Shown piece by piece: positions 1 to 10,234 of a stretch of DNA of 64,000 nt (positions are counted from its first letter, which is position 1; each line of letters begins with the position of its first letter). A program made the position numbers and the translations under genes. This DNA is from Lama guanicoe (lineage: Eukaryota), in assembly GCA_013239625.1 (NCBI GenBank), contig MU053645.1:1666274-1730273 (forward strand), given 5' to 3'. Below the pieces are notes generated by a model. That model was given only the letters and a program-made list of their open reading frames with translations, had not been told where the DNA came from and searched no databases.

Positions 1-119
1 CAAGGCTCAGAGAGATAAAATGAGTTGCCTAAAATTACAAGGTGAAGCCAAAATTTGGACCAAGTCTCTCTGACACCAGAATCTATGCTATTAACCAAAG
101 TATGGGTACAAGGCTGGCT

Positions 120-285
120 GCCTCAGAATCATTTTCAAGAGCTTGTTAGAGATGCAAATTCCTGAGCCCCACCTCTGGGGGGGGTTGGATTTACTAGGAC
201 TGGGCGTGGGGAGTGTGATTGATAGTTTTCACCAGTGCTGTAGTTAATTTTGAGGTGTAGAGAAGTTTGTGAACCACTTCTGAAA
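120..285. mobile_element. MER5-like hAT DNA transposon relic
   Basis: cagaatca...gagcttgttagagatgcaaattcctgagcccc...agtttgtgaaccact resembles the MER5A consensus as recalled. Confidence 0.5.
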
Positions 286-505
286 ACACCACATCATGCT
301 GAGGGCAGTAAGTCAATTGGTCTGTGGCCTACGTAACTGCCCACAAGGTATCTGTCGTGAGATTTAACTCCAAGACCTAGGGTCTTTCCTGAAATTGTTT
401 GCAAAGATTAGAATTTGAACTCTTTATTTTTTGGAGTTCATAGCTTTGTAAATTTTCAGATGAGTCCAGAAATAGTTAAGGACCACCTCCCTACAATCTT
501 TCTTC

Positions 506-1333
506 CTAACGTTTTTCTCTTTCAATTTGTGCTTGAGGAAGAAGTGTGAGAAACGAAACACAATTTGATCTAACCCCCGAACGACAGCCCTCAGCCGCTG
601 GTATAGATAGCTCTTTCATTTCCTGGCTTGAGGACACGTTGCTAGGTTGCCCTTCTGTGAGCTCTTGAGGGGACCTCTTAAATGCTGAATTTGGCATCAC
701 TGGCCTCAGAGAAGGAGCAACTCCATGGAAACGGCATGTAGGGCTGTCCAGAGTGAATGGACCGTGAAGCCAGTGGCAGAGAAATCTGCACCATTTTCCA
801 TGATTTCTGGTTCTTGAAGAGCAGATCTTACTTCCCTTACATAGATTGTGGTTGGGAGGCCCCCTGCAGGGCTGGTTCTTCACTCCTGATGCTTGGAAGC
901 AAATGAACACTGTGCCCTTTGACAGCTGTTGGGAGGTCTTCAACCTGCCGAGGTACTTCACCTGCTCCTTTCTGCCTTCTTTTTGACTTACCTCAATACC
1001 TAGAGTACCCTGGAGTAAACAATTCAAATTTGGAGATGAAGCACCTTCCATCTGAGGCCTGAGGGCTTTTTTGTGGATGGAACCACAGGGGGATTGGAGG
1101 GTGGAGGAAATAGAGAAGAAGGCTCGCCTCACACAGTCAGGGGTGATGCTGGCAGTAGCACTTGGGTTTCCTTCAGATTCTTGCTCCTGCTCCCCAACAT
1201 CGTGACATCTGACCCTGGGTCTCTTGCAGACTCTCATTCTGTGTTTAAATGGGCTGCATTGCCAAAGTAGGTGATCTGCAGTTGGACCTGGTGGGGTTGG
1301 GATCAGCCAGGACAAAGAATAGATCTTAGAGCT
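506..1333 (-). CDS. Putative terminal coding exon (exon C) of an uncharacterised antisense gene, 275 codons plus TAG
   Basis: Minus-strand acceptor ctgtttcttttcacatttttttgtcAG (AG 1335-1334). The frame is open from the first exon base (SSKIYSLSWLIPTPPGP...) to TAG at 508-506. AATAAA on - at 428-423. No family recognised. Confidence 0.5.
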   Translation of the reverse strand, partial: SSKIYSLSWLIPTPPGPTADHLLWQCSPFKHRMRVCKRPRVRCHDVGEQEQESEGNPSATASITPDCVRRAFFSISSTLQSPCGSIHKKALRPQMEGASSPNLNCLLQGTLGIEVSQKEGRKEQVKYLGRLKTSQQLSKGTVFICFQASGVKNQPCRGPPNHNLCKGSKICSSRTRNHGKWCRFLCHWLHGPFTLDSPTCRFHGVAPSLRPVMPNSAFKRSPQELTEGQPSNVSSSQEMKELSIPAAEGCRSGVRSNCVSFLTLLPQAQIEREKR

Positions 1334-1599
1334 CTGACAAAAAAATGTGAAAAGAAACAGATTGGGTGCATGAGCCTGGATTGGGCCCTTAGAACAAAGT
1401 CAGGATCTCTTTTGCAAGGCTGGGAGGAGGGTATACTAAGCTGACTTCAGTTAGATATAGAGCATCTGTGATCTCTGGCCTCATGTATGGAAGTGTGTTC
1501 CAATTCATGGCTGTAATGTGAGCACATTTTCCAATTTCAACAAAAAAAATCTTAAAAGCCTGAAGGTTAGGGAGATAAAGCTTTTAGTTGAAACAATAA

Positions 1600-2180
1600 T
1601 AGCTGCCCTTCACTACCTGCCTCCTCTGTGCCAGGAACTTGCTGTTGATTATCTCATTTAAGGTTCTCAGCAACGCCACTGATACAGACATTGTTATCCC
1701 ATTTTGCAGTTAGGACAACTGAGTTTCAGGGAGGTTAGGTAACTTGTATAAGGCCAAACTCCTTGTAAGTGGAGGCACTGGGACTCCAGCCCAAGGCTGG
1801 CAGACTCCAAGGCCCATCTTCTCTGTTGTCTTCCAGATAAGCAATTTAAAATGCACTCTTCAGTTGACCCAGTACATTAGACTGATTTCAGCCTTTAGAA
1901 GAATGTGGTGGTAATCTTATCTATATTCCAGGGATCTTTCTCTTTTTTTTTTAATGAGACGATTAATATAACTTACGGAGCAACTTGTGTACCAGGTACC
2001 ACACTAAGCATTTTATGTACTTCATCTCATGCAACTTTCATGACAATCATTTTGCAGGCAAGGATACTGAGGCTCAGAATGTTGAAGAGACTTGGCCAAG
2101 ATCATAAAGCTAGGAAGTGGCATGGTGAACTCCAAACCCAGGGCTGTCTGATTCCAGAGCCGGTATCTTTATGCTATAAT
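1600..2180. mobile_element. Two MIR SINE relics (about 1600-1830 and 1970-2180)
   Basis: MIR core motifs, e.g. cccattttgcag...actgag...aggttaggtaacttg and actgaggctcaga...gacttggccaagatcat. Other MIR fragments at about 1-90, 3210-3420 and 3670-3800. Confidence 0.6.
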
Positions 2181-2766
2181 GCGCTGTACTGGGAAAAATA
2201 AACAGGGCCCTCTTTCTGATTCGGCTAGTCTCTGTCAGCCAACAGCTCTGTCTCCTTCCCATGGCCTGTGTCCAGAGCCGGGTACCACTCAGGCTTTTAG
2301 GCATCTGTGCCTTAGGCATCTTCCTCAGTCCAGAACTCTTGCCCTGACACCTCCACCTAACAGAAGCCTGCTCATTGGTAAAGGATAGTCAGATGTCCCT
2401 CCTCAGAAAAAATTTTTGGCCACTCCCTATCCCAGGTGGAATAAATTGCTCTTGTCTTTCTGCTCTGACCTGGATTAGAGTACCCTTTATCCTACCTTCC
2501 AGTAGAGTTTAGCTCATGATTGACCTGTCTCCTCCACTAGATTCCCGGACCCTTGTGGGCAGGTACCAAGTCTGTTCATCTCTAGCTCCGCAGTGACTTA
2601 CACATAGTGATTTCGTAGATCAATACGTGTTTGTGAGCTGATCAAAGGACTGGCTGAGGGATGCCTAGAATGAATGGATAAATAGGGGGCTAGATACTGA
2701 TGTGGTCACACAGGTTGTCCATCTAGACTAGACTGATCAGGGGAGTCTGGAATCCCCTGGGCTCAC

Positions 2767-3034
2767 TTTACTAGGCTGTAAACATAGGAGACCTATCATA
2801 GGGTCCAGGCGATAAGTGCTCAAGGCCAACTCCAGGCTCATTCTGTGGTCTCTACTTTGGAATTCACCTTTAAGAGGCCAGTCTGTCCAGGATTGTGTAT
2901 ATAACACCTTTGCATTCACAGGAGAAGGGTCTTCCTTGCCTCCCACGTGAACATAGGATTTGTCCCACCAAACCACTTCCCTCTGGTTCTAAGAATCACC
3001 CCCATCAGGGGGTGATCCTGCAGGAGCGTATGCT
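2767..3034 (-). other. Putative internal exon B of the same antisense gene; candidate start ATG 2841-2839
   Basis: Acceptor cctgacctcaccatctgtctccacAG (3036-3035) with a CTGAC branch-like motif. Donor AAA|GTGAGC at 2766 is phase 0 and joins exon C in frame. In-frame TAG at 2991-2989 lies upstream of the ATG. Confidence 0.42.
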
Positions 3035-3087
3035 CTGTGGAGACAGATGGTGAGGTCAGGAAGTGTCTTTAAAAAAAAATACTGGTT

Positions 3088-3193
3088 GGGGAGGAGGGTA
3101 TAGCTCAAGTGGTAGAGTGCATGCTTAGCATACACAAGGTCCTGGGTTCAGTCCCCAGGATCCCCTCTAAAAATAAATAAATAAGTCTCTGTT
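3088..3193 (+). mobile_element. tRNA-derived SINE, camelid Vic-1 type
   Basis: ggggaggagggtatagctcaagtggtagagtgcatgcttagcatacacaaggtcctgggttcagtcccc (A and B boxes), AAAT tail, flanking direct repeat aaaaaaaaatactg. Confidence 0.8.
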
Positions 3194-3944
3194 AAAAAAA
3201 AATACTGTTTATTGAGGCCACCATGCCATGGATGGTGAACCACTTTATCTCATTTTATTTTGTGATCTTTGCAACAACCTTCTGAGGGAGGTCTGTTGTC
3301 CCTATTTTGTAGCTGAAGAAACCGAGACCAAGTGAAACATCTTGCCTAAGGTCACAAAACTAAGCAAGTGGTGGATGCAGGACCCAGGCTTAGGTCTGTC
3401 TGTCCCCAAAGCCTGGCATCTTAACAGAAAAATACATGGGAGAAAAGTAGACTCCCCTCCCCCAGAAAACTGGAAGAATTAGATTTATAAAATGATGAAT
3501 TCCATATTTAAGGTAAAATGTTTCTAAATTATTGTTCACTTTTAATCCCGCGAAATCATGGGCAAAAACGGCAGAAGGAATCAGGGATGGAAATGGACAA
3601 TTCCTCTATCAGATACTGCCCCGAATTCCCCCTGGTCAGCCCCCTGTCACATGCACAGCGTGAGGATGCTTAGAGAGCATTCATCCCAGTCTGCTCATTT
3701 TACAACTGAGATGCATGAAGCTCCAAGGTGTCAATGTCTTTCTAACGGTCACACAAGAAACTGATAATAGAATGGACACCTAGAATTCTGATCTGCCAAA
3801 TTCTAGCCTGGTTTTCTTTCTGCTAAGTCAGCCTCCCTTATGCAGTCAGTCAACACACGTTTATAGGTTACTCAGGAAAATGTGGGGAGGAAGTGGAACG
3901 TTACTATACTCTGAATTAGAAGAGGGGACAAATGTTTCCCTCAC

Positions 3945-4163
3945 CACTCATCCTTATGCAGGTGCAAGTAAAACTTGGGGAAGAAATCTTTGGTAGGAGA
4001 GCTGGGTAATGTTGGGAGCCCCTGTGGCATTGGGGGCCTGAGTGGAGCTACCTCCTCCCTGGGGGTCTGTGACTCCTGTGACTCTGGAGAGATAGAGGTG
4101 GCTGCCAGGGGCCAGAAAGTGTCCCAGAGGAATACCAGGAGTGGGCCTCACGAGCCTTTGCTC
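3945..4163 (-). other. Putative exon A of the same antisense gene (219 nt, phase 2-2)
   Basis: Acceptor gtctgaccttacagccttatAG (4165-4164), donor TG|GTGAGG (3944). One frame is open except for TGA at 4150-4148 and continues in the frame of exon B. Confidence 0.33.
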
Positions 4164-4819
4164 CTATAAGGCTGTAAGGTCAGACTGTGAAGTCACGGAT
4201 GGAGCAGGAGCATGAGGCCAGGGAGGAGCTGATGGGGGTGATTCTGGAAGGAGAAGCAAGTCAAGGCAGGTTCTGGGTGTGGCAGCCCAGGGAAGGCTGC
4301 AGTGGTCTTCTTGCAGTGACTGGCTTCTACCCCTCCCTCAGTGCCTCAGCCTGGAGGGCGGGGGACCCCGGTGTCCCTGTTGTCGCTACTGAACAGGCCA
4401 TCAACTGCTCCCATAATTAGAGCCCCAACCGCCCTCTCCCCTCGGGACCACACAGCGCAGGGTTCTGTGTGAAACCTCTGGGTCTGTGAATCCTACCAGG
4501 CTTCCTGCAAATCTAGCTGTGAGTCCCCTGCCTGGTCGTCATGCCCTCTCCCCTCCACCCACACACAGAGAAAGCTCTGTGCTTTCTCTCCTCCACACAC
4601 CATCTCCCATGCAGCACACCCTGTCCTCTCACCCCTATTCCCTTCCTGACAAACTCCCTCAGGTTCTCAGATCTGCAATGAGCATTCATTTCTTCTTGAC
4701 CCCAAATTTCCTTCCTGTTCCCTGGCTCCCCAATCATCTCTCATACTACTCCGTCTGCTCCCAGACCATTCTGGGGTGGGAGAATTTGGAGTCCTTGCAC
4801 TGTCTCTTCCCTCTAGTAT

Positions 4820-5050
4820 AGTGGTTGTGAACCAGGAACGATTATACCCTCCTCCCAGGAGACATATGGCAATGTCTATAGCTATTTTTGTTTGTCATAG
4901 CTGGGTAGGTCACAGTTTGTGCTGCTGGTTTTGAGCGAGTAGAGGCTAGGGTTCTGCTAAACATTGTATGATGCACAGAGCAGGAACCTCTGGCAAAGAA
5001 TTATCTGGCCCAGAATTTCAATAGTATGTAGACTGAGAACCCCAGCTCTG
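4820..5050. mobile_element. MER20-like hAT DNA transposon
   Basis: cccaggagacatatggcaatgtct...gagtagaggctagg...gctaaacat...aagaattatctggcccagaat...tgagaaccc matches MER20 as recalled. Confidence 0.7.
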
Positions 5051-5159
5051 TTATATAGCTACAGGTCTACAAGGTTAAGCTTGGAAACTGCCAGGTACGG
5101 AGCCTTTTGGTGCTAAACTTCCAGGAACAGCTACTCCTTCTGTTCCTCAATTAGGAGAG

Positions 5160-5183
5160 GGGGGCGGGGTGTTGCCATGAAAC
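5160..5183. promoter_or_regulatory. Adjacent GC box and RFX X-box-like motif
   Basis: GGGGGCGGGG (5160-5169) followed by GTTGCCATGAAAC (5171-5183). Motif match only. Confidence 0.3.
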
Positions 5184-5530
5184 AGCTACAACATCGTCAG
5201 GAATCTACAAAAAGAGAGGCGAAGAGATTCCCCACTCCCTAAATTTACTACCAACTTTTAGAGAAAAGTACTGGACTATAACTGTTGAATGCCGTACTGT
5301 GTCTACAGGAGAGTGCCACTTTTCAGAAAGGGAATAGCAGCTTATTATTTCAGCAGTTCATCAAATGCAAAATTTCATGTAGTGAAGACTGAATACAGTA
5401 AGATTTTGGAGCCCTCCTTCCCCAATTTGATTTTTTTCAATCTTCAACCTTCTTTGAATATTAGAATATTTGAGGGGTCAGAAAAACACTGAAGAGGTGG
5501 CTCTGTGCAGAAAAACTAACTGCCTTTGTT

Positions 5531-5680
5531 TTTATTTTTTATTTTTCTTTTTTTTTCCTTGGTGGGGGGTAATTTGGTTTATTGGTTTAGTTATTTATTT
5601 TTACGAAGGTACTGGGGATTGAACCCAGGACCTCGTGCATGCTAAGCACGTGCTCTACCACTGAGCTATACCCTCCCTTC
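5531..5680 (-). mobile_element. Vic-1-type SINE inserted in the poly(A) tail of an L1 fragment
   Basis: Reverse complement of the SINE consensus; ttgtttttatttttt is repeated on both sides. Confidence 0.8.
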
Positions 5681-5985
5681 TTGTTTTTATTTTTTAAATT
5701 GAAGTATATTTGATTTACAGTGTTTCAGGTACACAACAAAGTGACTCAGCTATATATACATATATATATGTGTTCGTGTGTGCATGTATATTCTTTTTCA
5801 GATTCTTTTCCACTATAGGTTATTACAAGATATCGGACATATAGTTCCCTGTGCTGTACAAGAGGTCCCTGCTGTTTATCTGTTTTATATATAGTAGTGT
5901 CTATCTCGTAATCTCAAATTCCTAATTTATCCCTCCCCCCTTCCTCTTTGGTAACCATAAGTTTGTTTTCTGTGTCGGTGAGCTC
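5681..5985 (-). mobile_element. 5'-truncated L1 3' end
   Basis: ttgaagtatatttgatttacagtgtttcaggtac...ggtaaccataagtttgttttct. Direct repeat actgcctttgtt at 5519-5530 and 5986-5997. Confidence 0.75.
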
Positions 5986-6206
5986 ACTGCCTTTGTTAAT
6001 TAAAGTTTGATGAATTCTTTCTTAAGAGTGTGCCTGTTTCTCAGAAACTGGCCCTAAGAGTTGCTTGTTTCCTGAGAACTGAGTTTCTTGGGACTCTGCT
6101 TCTAAACTGAGCAATGAAAATGCTCACCAACAGATTTGATTGATCAGTCTAACCTCTTTTTTCCACTCTTGCCAGTTTCTTCCCTCTGCACCCAGGTGTC
6201 TTCAGC

Positions 6207-7127
6207 ATGGGGGAACAGAACCACTCTCCCGGGAAGGAACTTCAGCACTGGACACGAGCAGAAGCTCCAGGAAAGAAAAGCTGGCCCTCCCAGGCCTATG
6301 CCCTCGGGGCTGTTTCCAACTTTATGTCTACTTTTCTGACCTTTCCTATCTATAAGGTTGTGTTCCGGCAACAGATCCATGCTGTGGCGGTGTCGGAGGC
6401 TGTGCGACAGCTTTGGCATGAAGGCCCTCAATACTTCTACCGGGGAATCTACCCGCCTCTTCTCTCCAAGACGTTGCAAGGGACTCTGCTGTTTGGGACT
6501 TACGATAGCCTGCTCTGCTCTCTCTCCCCTGTTGGGCCACACTCCCTGGGACACCGCTGGGCTGCAGGGCTCATGTCTGGGGTGGTGGAGGCTGTGGCCC
6601 TCAGCCCCTTTGAGAGGGTGCAAAATGTGCTTCAGGATGGTCGCAAGCAAGCTCGCTTTCCCAGCACCTTCAGCATTCTCAAGGAATTCCACTCTTACGG
6701 GCTCTGGGGGCGGCTGTCGCTGGGTTACTATCGAGGTTTCTGGCCTGTCCTTCTCAGGAACAGCCTGGGGAGTGCTCTGTATTTCTCCTTTAAGGACCCC
6801 ATCCAGGAGGGCTTGGCAAAGCAAGGCCTGCCCCATTGGGTGCCTGCCTTGGTGTCTGGGAGTATCAATGGAACAATCACCTGCCTGGTTCTGTATCCTC
6901 TAATCGTGCTAGTTGCCAATATGCAGTCCCATATTGGCTGGCAGAGCATGCCAAGTCTGTGGGCCTCTGTCCAGGACGTGTGGGACACTCGGGGCCGAAA
7001 GCTGTTCCTGATCTACCGTGGGGGTTCCCTGGTCATCCTAAGGTCCAGCGTGACATGGGGCCTCACCACTGCTATCCATGACTTCCTGCTGAGGAGGTTT
7101 CATTCCAGGAAAGAGCTGCAAGACTGA
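6207..7127 (+). CDS. SLC25A53: Solute carrier family 25 member 53 (mitochondrial carrier MCART6), 306 aa, single coding exon
   Basis: MGEQNHSPGKELQHWTRAEAPGKKSW...; three carrier repeats (PIYKVVFRQQ, PFERVQNVLQ, PLIVLVANMQ). Polypyrimidine tract and AG acceptors just upstream (about 6150-6196), consistent with a non-coding first exon elsewhere. Confidence 0.97.
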   Translation: MGEQNHSPGKELQHWTRAEAPGKKSWPSQAYALGAVSNFMSTFLTFPIYKVVFRQQIHAVAVSEAVRQLWHEGPQYFYRGIYPPLLSKTLQGTLLFGTYDSLLCSLSPVGPHSLGHRWAAGLMSGVVEAVALSPFERVQNVLQDGRKQARFPSTFSILKEFHSYGLWGRLSLGYYRGFWPVLLRNSLGSALYFSFKDPIQEGLAKQGLPHWVPALVSGSINGTITCLVLYPLIVLVANMQSHIGWQSMPSLWASVQDVWDTRGRKLFLIYRGGSLVILRSSVTWGLTTAIHDFLLRRFHSRKELQD

Positions 7128-8019
7128 CTAGCTGCAGGAAGTGTGGCCTTGGCAATTTTGTTATTCTAAGCCTTCTTGGGTTGGTTTAAATAGCTTACTT
7201 CTTTGGCTTGGTCACCTAATACAGCTATTCCTTAACATCTTTGAACTGTCAGTGCACTGGAGAAGTTCCCAACTACCAGCCTGTTGGACAAAGACAAAGC
7301 CCAACACGGTTCCTTGGTTAGAAAGAGAAATTTACCCCAGTCTATCCACAGCTGCAATGGCCTCAGACCCAGGAAACCTTTAAGTAACTCAGAACCCAGA
7401 TGGAATGTCATTCCTTTAAGGAATTCCTTGACAATAAGAGGAAACTCTAAAAGATGCCTTTAATTAGGCACTGTGAGTTCTGGGGCCCCTCCAGTTGGCC
7501 TCCGGACCAAACTGGACAGAGGACCAGGAATTCCAATTTCAGAGAACTAAGCTTGACTCGTAGGACTGGGATTTCATAGACTTTCTCAGATGGCTGCATT
7601 TTCACGACATTGTTCCCTGCTCTTACCACCACCACTCCCACTTCTCAAGGCTGTGGGTTGAGAAGTTTCGGGATAGCAGTTGTGGCTGGAAATCCTAAAT
7701 TAGACTTGCCTCAACTGATCAGGTGCCACAAGAACTTGTGGGGCTGGAGGTGGGAGTGGGAAGAAGTGTGGTCCCTGGATGGATAGAAAGAATAGACTTT
7801 GAAAGAAGAGGTTTAGTTGCATGCAGCATAGAAAATTCTGTAGATTGCTTGGTGTTAAATGCTGGGATGTTTTTGATAGCAAGGCAATAATAACATTGCC
7901 TAGAAACATTTGAGTTTCCCTAAGAAATCTGAAACTCGAATGAGTGTATCTCTTCATAAATAATTTCATATTTTCTTGTTGGGGATAAATATGGTTACTA
8001 GGATGCAAATGAAAGATCT

Positions 8020-8530
8020 GAAATCTTAGCCTGTCATTCAGAGCCATTTAAAATATGGTCCCCATCAAACTTGTAGCATTTTACCACACCACTCCCACTT
8101 ACATGGATCCCATAGAGCAGCCAAACTGGACTATTAGTTCTCTCCCCAAGCATGCCACTAACTTTTTCATGGCCATGCTTTTTTGACCCACACTATTTTT
8201 TCCACCTGCAGTACCCATTCTCCACATGCCAGTCTGCAAAATCCTTCCAGCTCCTCAAAGTCCAGCTCAGATGCCACCTTCTCTAAGGAGCGTCTCCTGA
8301 TGGCCCCCAACTGAATGTGATGTTAGTGTCTTGTTATGCCCATCGCCATTAACCCCTCATACATGGCACTGATTCCATTATGTCATTGATCTCATGTGAT
8401 CCCGTGTTCTTGATGTTCTTCAATACCTCCTACTAGACTGTAAAACTCCTTGAAAGCAGGGATTCTTCTACGCAGTTTTAAATCTCCCATGGTGCCTAGG
8501 TGCTCAATAATGTTGGCTGAATTACTGAAT
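8020..8530 (+). mobile_element. L2 LINE 3' relic
   Basis: ctcaaagtccagctcagatgccaccttctct...ctagactgtaaaactccttgaaagcaggga...gtgctcaataatgttggctgaat. Similar L2 ends at about 2370-2680 and 13130-13700. Confidence 0.6.
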
Positions 8531-10234
8531 TGATTATCAAGCTGTGATATGGTCTTTATCCTCAGGGTGCTGTCCCTTGTACATGAAGATAATGTTATTG
8601 ATTCACTGTCATCAAGACACCTGCCTTTGGGGTGTCCTTTTTGTTTTATTAGTGAGTTTACTTTTGTGTGCTAATGATAATGATGCTGATGATAATAACA
8701 ACAATAATTAAACAATGACTTTCAACTGACACATCTGATGAGTTTGTGTTATTGAGGTTTATTGTTAGCAACACTGGAACTGGAACTGAAATTTCACAGA
8801 GACACACTGCCCAACTCTCTGATTTGTTTCAACTCTGGAATTTTGAGGATTTCCAAGGTGGCATATGTTGCAGTTTTGCCTTTATGGATGATATCATGCA
8901 ATGACCTCCGCTTGTACCTCCTTACCAAATCAAAATTGTCATTTATATATCTTAGCAGTGAGAATTCCTCACTGAATAGCACAGCAATTGAAGACATAGC
9001 TCTAGGTGATTTGAGATCAGAAAGCCTTTGCCAACAAGATCAAGAGAAAATGACTGGTCCAGAACAGCTGCAGATGAGCACCCACGTGCAGACCTGGACA
9101 GGATGGGACAGACAGTACTCTGCTTGGGGATTCAAGGATGGGGAGCAATAAATCCACATAAGGAAAGAAAAAAATTAAAGAACAGCTAGTTATATTTCAA
9201 GGCCAGCTCTCAGAATGAAGGAACTATTTACAAAAAATCATTACTCAGCTAATGGCTTTGGTTTTTAAGCTGGAAAGAAGGGGATAAACTTGAAATCAAT
9301 AAAATGAGGTAATAAATACCTCTGTTTAAAATTTATAAAATGTAAAATTTAACACTAAAATTAGTTGTTATAAAAGTTGAAGAAAAAGAATAAAAATCCC
9401 TGTATAAGCCCTGTGTAATTTTGTCTAAATATAAACTACATCAGCTTTCTAAAGCTCAAGGTGAAATAATAAATAAGTAATGTATTATGACTATTACTAT
9501 AATTACATGGTTTATTAAGACTTTCGCTTTCAACATTTATTTTTGAACATTAGATAGCATTATAATGTAACTACATGTTTCGAATAACTGCATATAGTAT
9601 AGTATATTGAAGTTAATAAAATAATATTATGCAGGAGACAAAAAGCTTGATTTAAAAAGTGAAATTTTCCTAAAAGAATAATGTAAAAAATACTGTATTT
9701 CTCTATTCTGTTCACTCTCCAGTGTTCTCTCTGTTTCTTTCATACTATCTTCCTTTTCCTCAAATCTTCAACACTCCTCCCCCAACCTCAATCGCAGTTG
9801 GAGACCTTACCTTCTATTTCTCTAGGAACAGAGAAGTATTCAGAAGAGAACTGACAGTTAAAAGAATATTTATAAAGCTATCGCCCATATAATGACCACC
9901 CAAGACCAGAAATGGGACACCTTGATGCCCCTCACACCCTACTCCTTCTGCACCCCAGGGCCCCCACTGATGACATTCCTCCACCCATCCACCCATCCCA
10001 GAGGTAACCCCAATCCTGACTATTATGATATCATTTCTTTACCATTCGTTATCGGTTTATCTTCCATACAGACATCCCTAAACAACACAGTTTTGTTTTA
10101 CAAATATTTGAACTTTATACACTTTATGTACTTGCAGTTGTGACTGTCTTCTTTCCCTTCACATTATTTGTGAGATTCATCCACGTTTTTGCAGGTAGTT
10201 GTAGTTATTTTGTTTTTCTAAATTGTGATAAATT

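Noticed and set aside
506..1315. Possibility that this ORF is ZCCHC18
   Set aside because: No PNMA/gag-like region and no CX2CX4HX4C knuckle. ZCCHC18, if present, lies outside the window.
3088..3170. tRNA-Ala-like sequences (six copies in the window)
   Set aside because: They have A-rich tails, TSDs and diverged stems, so they are SINEs and not tRNA genes.
4327..4414. Strong-Kozak ATG at 4414 (-) as first coding exon of the antisense gene
   Set aside because: The frame stops after 22 codons and the only nearby donor (GTAGAA) is weak.
6144..6836. 230-aa ORF on - and 181-aa alternative-frame ORF on + overlapping SLC25A53
   Set aside because: Shadow ORFs of a GC-rich coding exon; no independent splice or family evidence.
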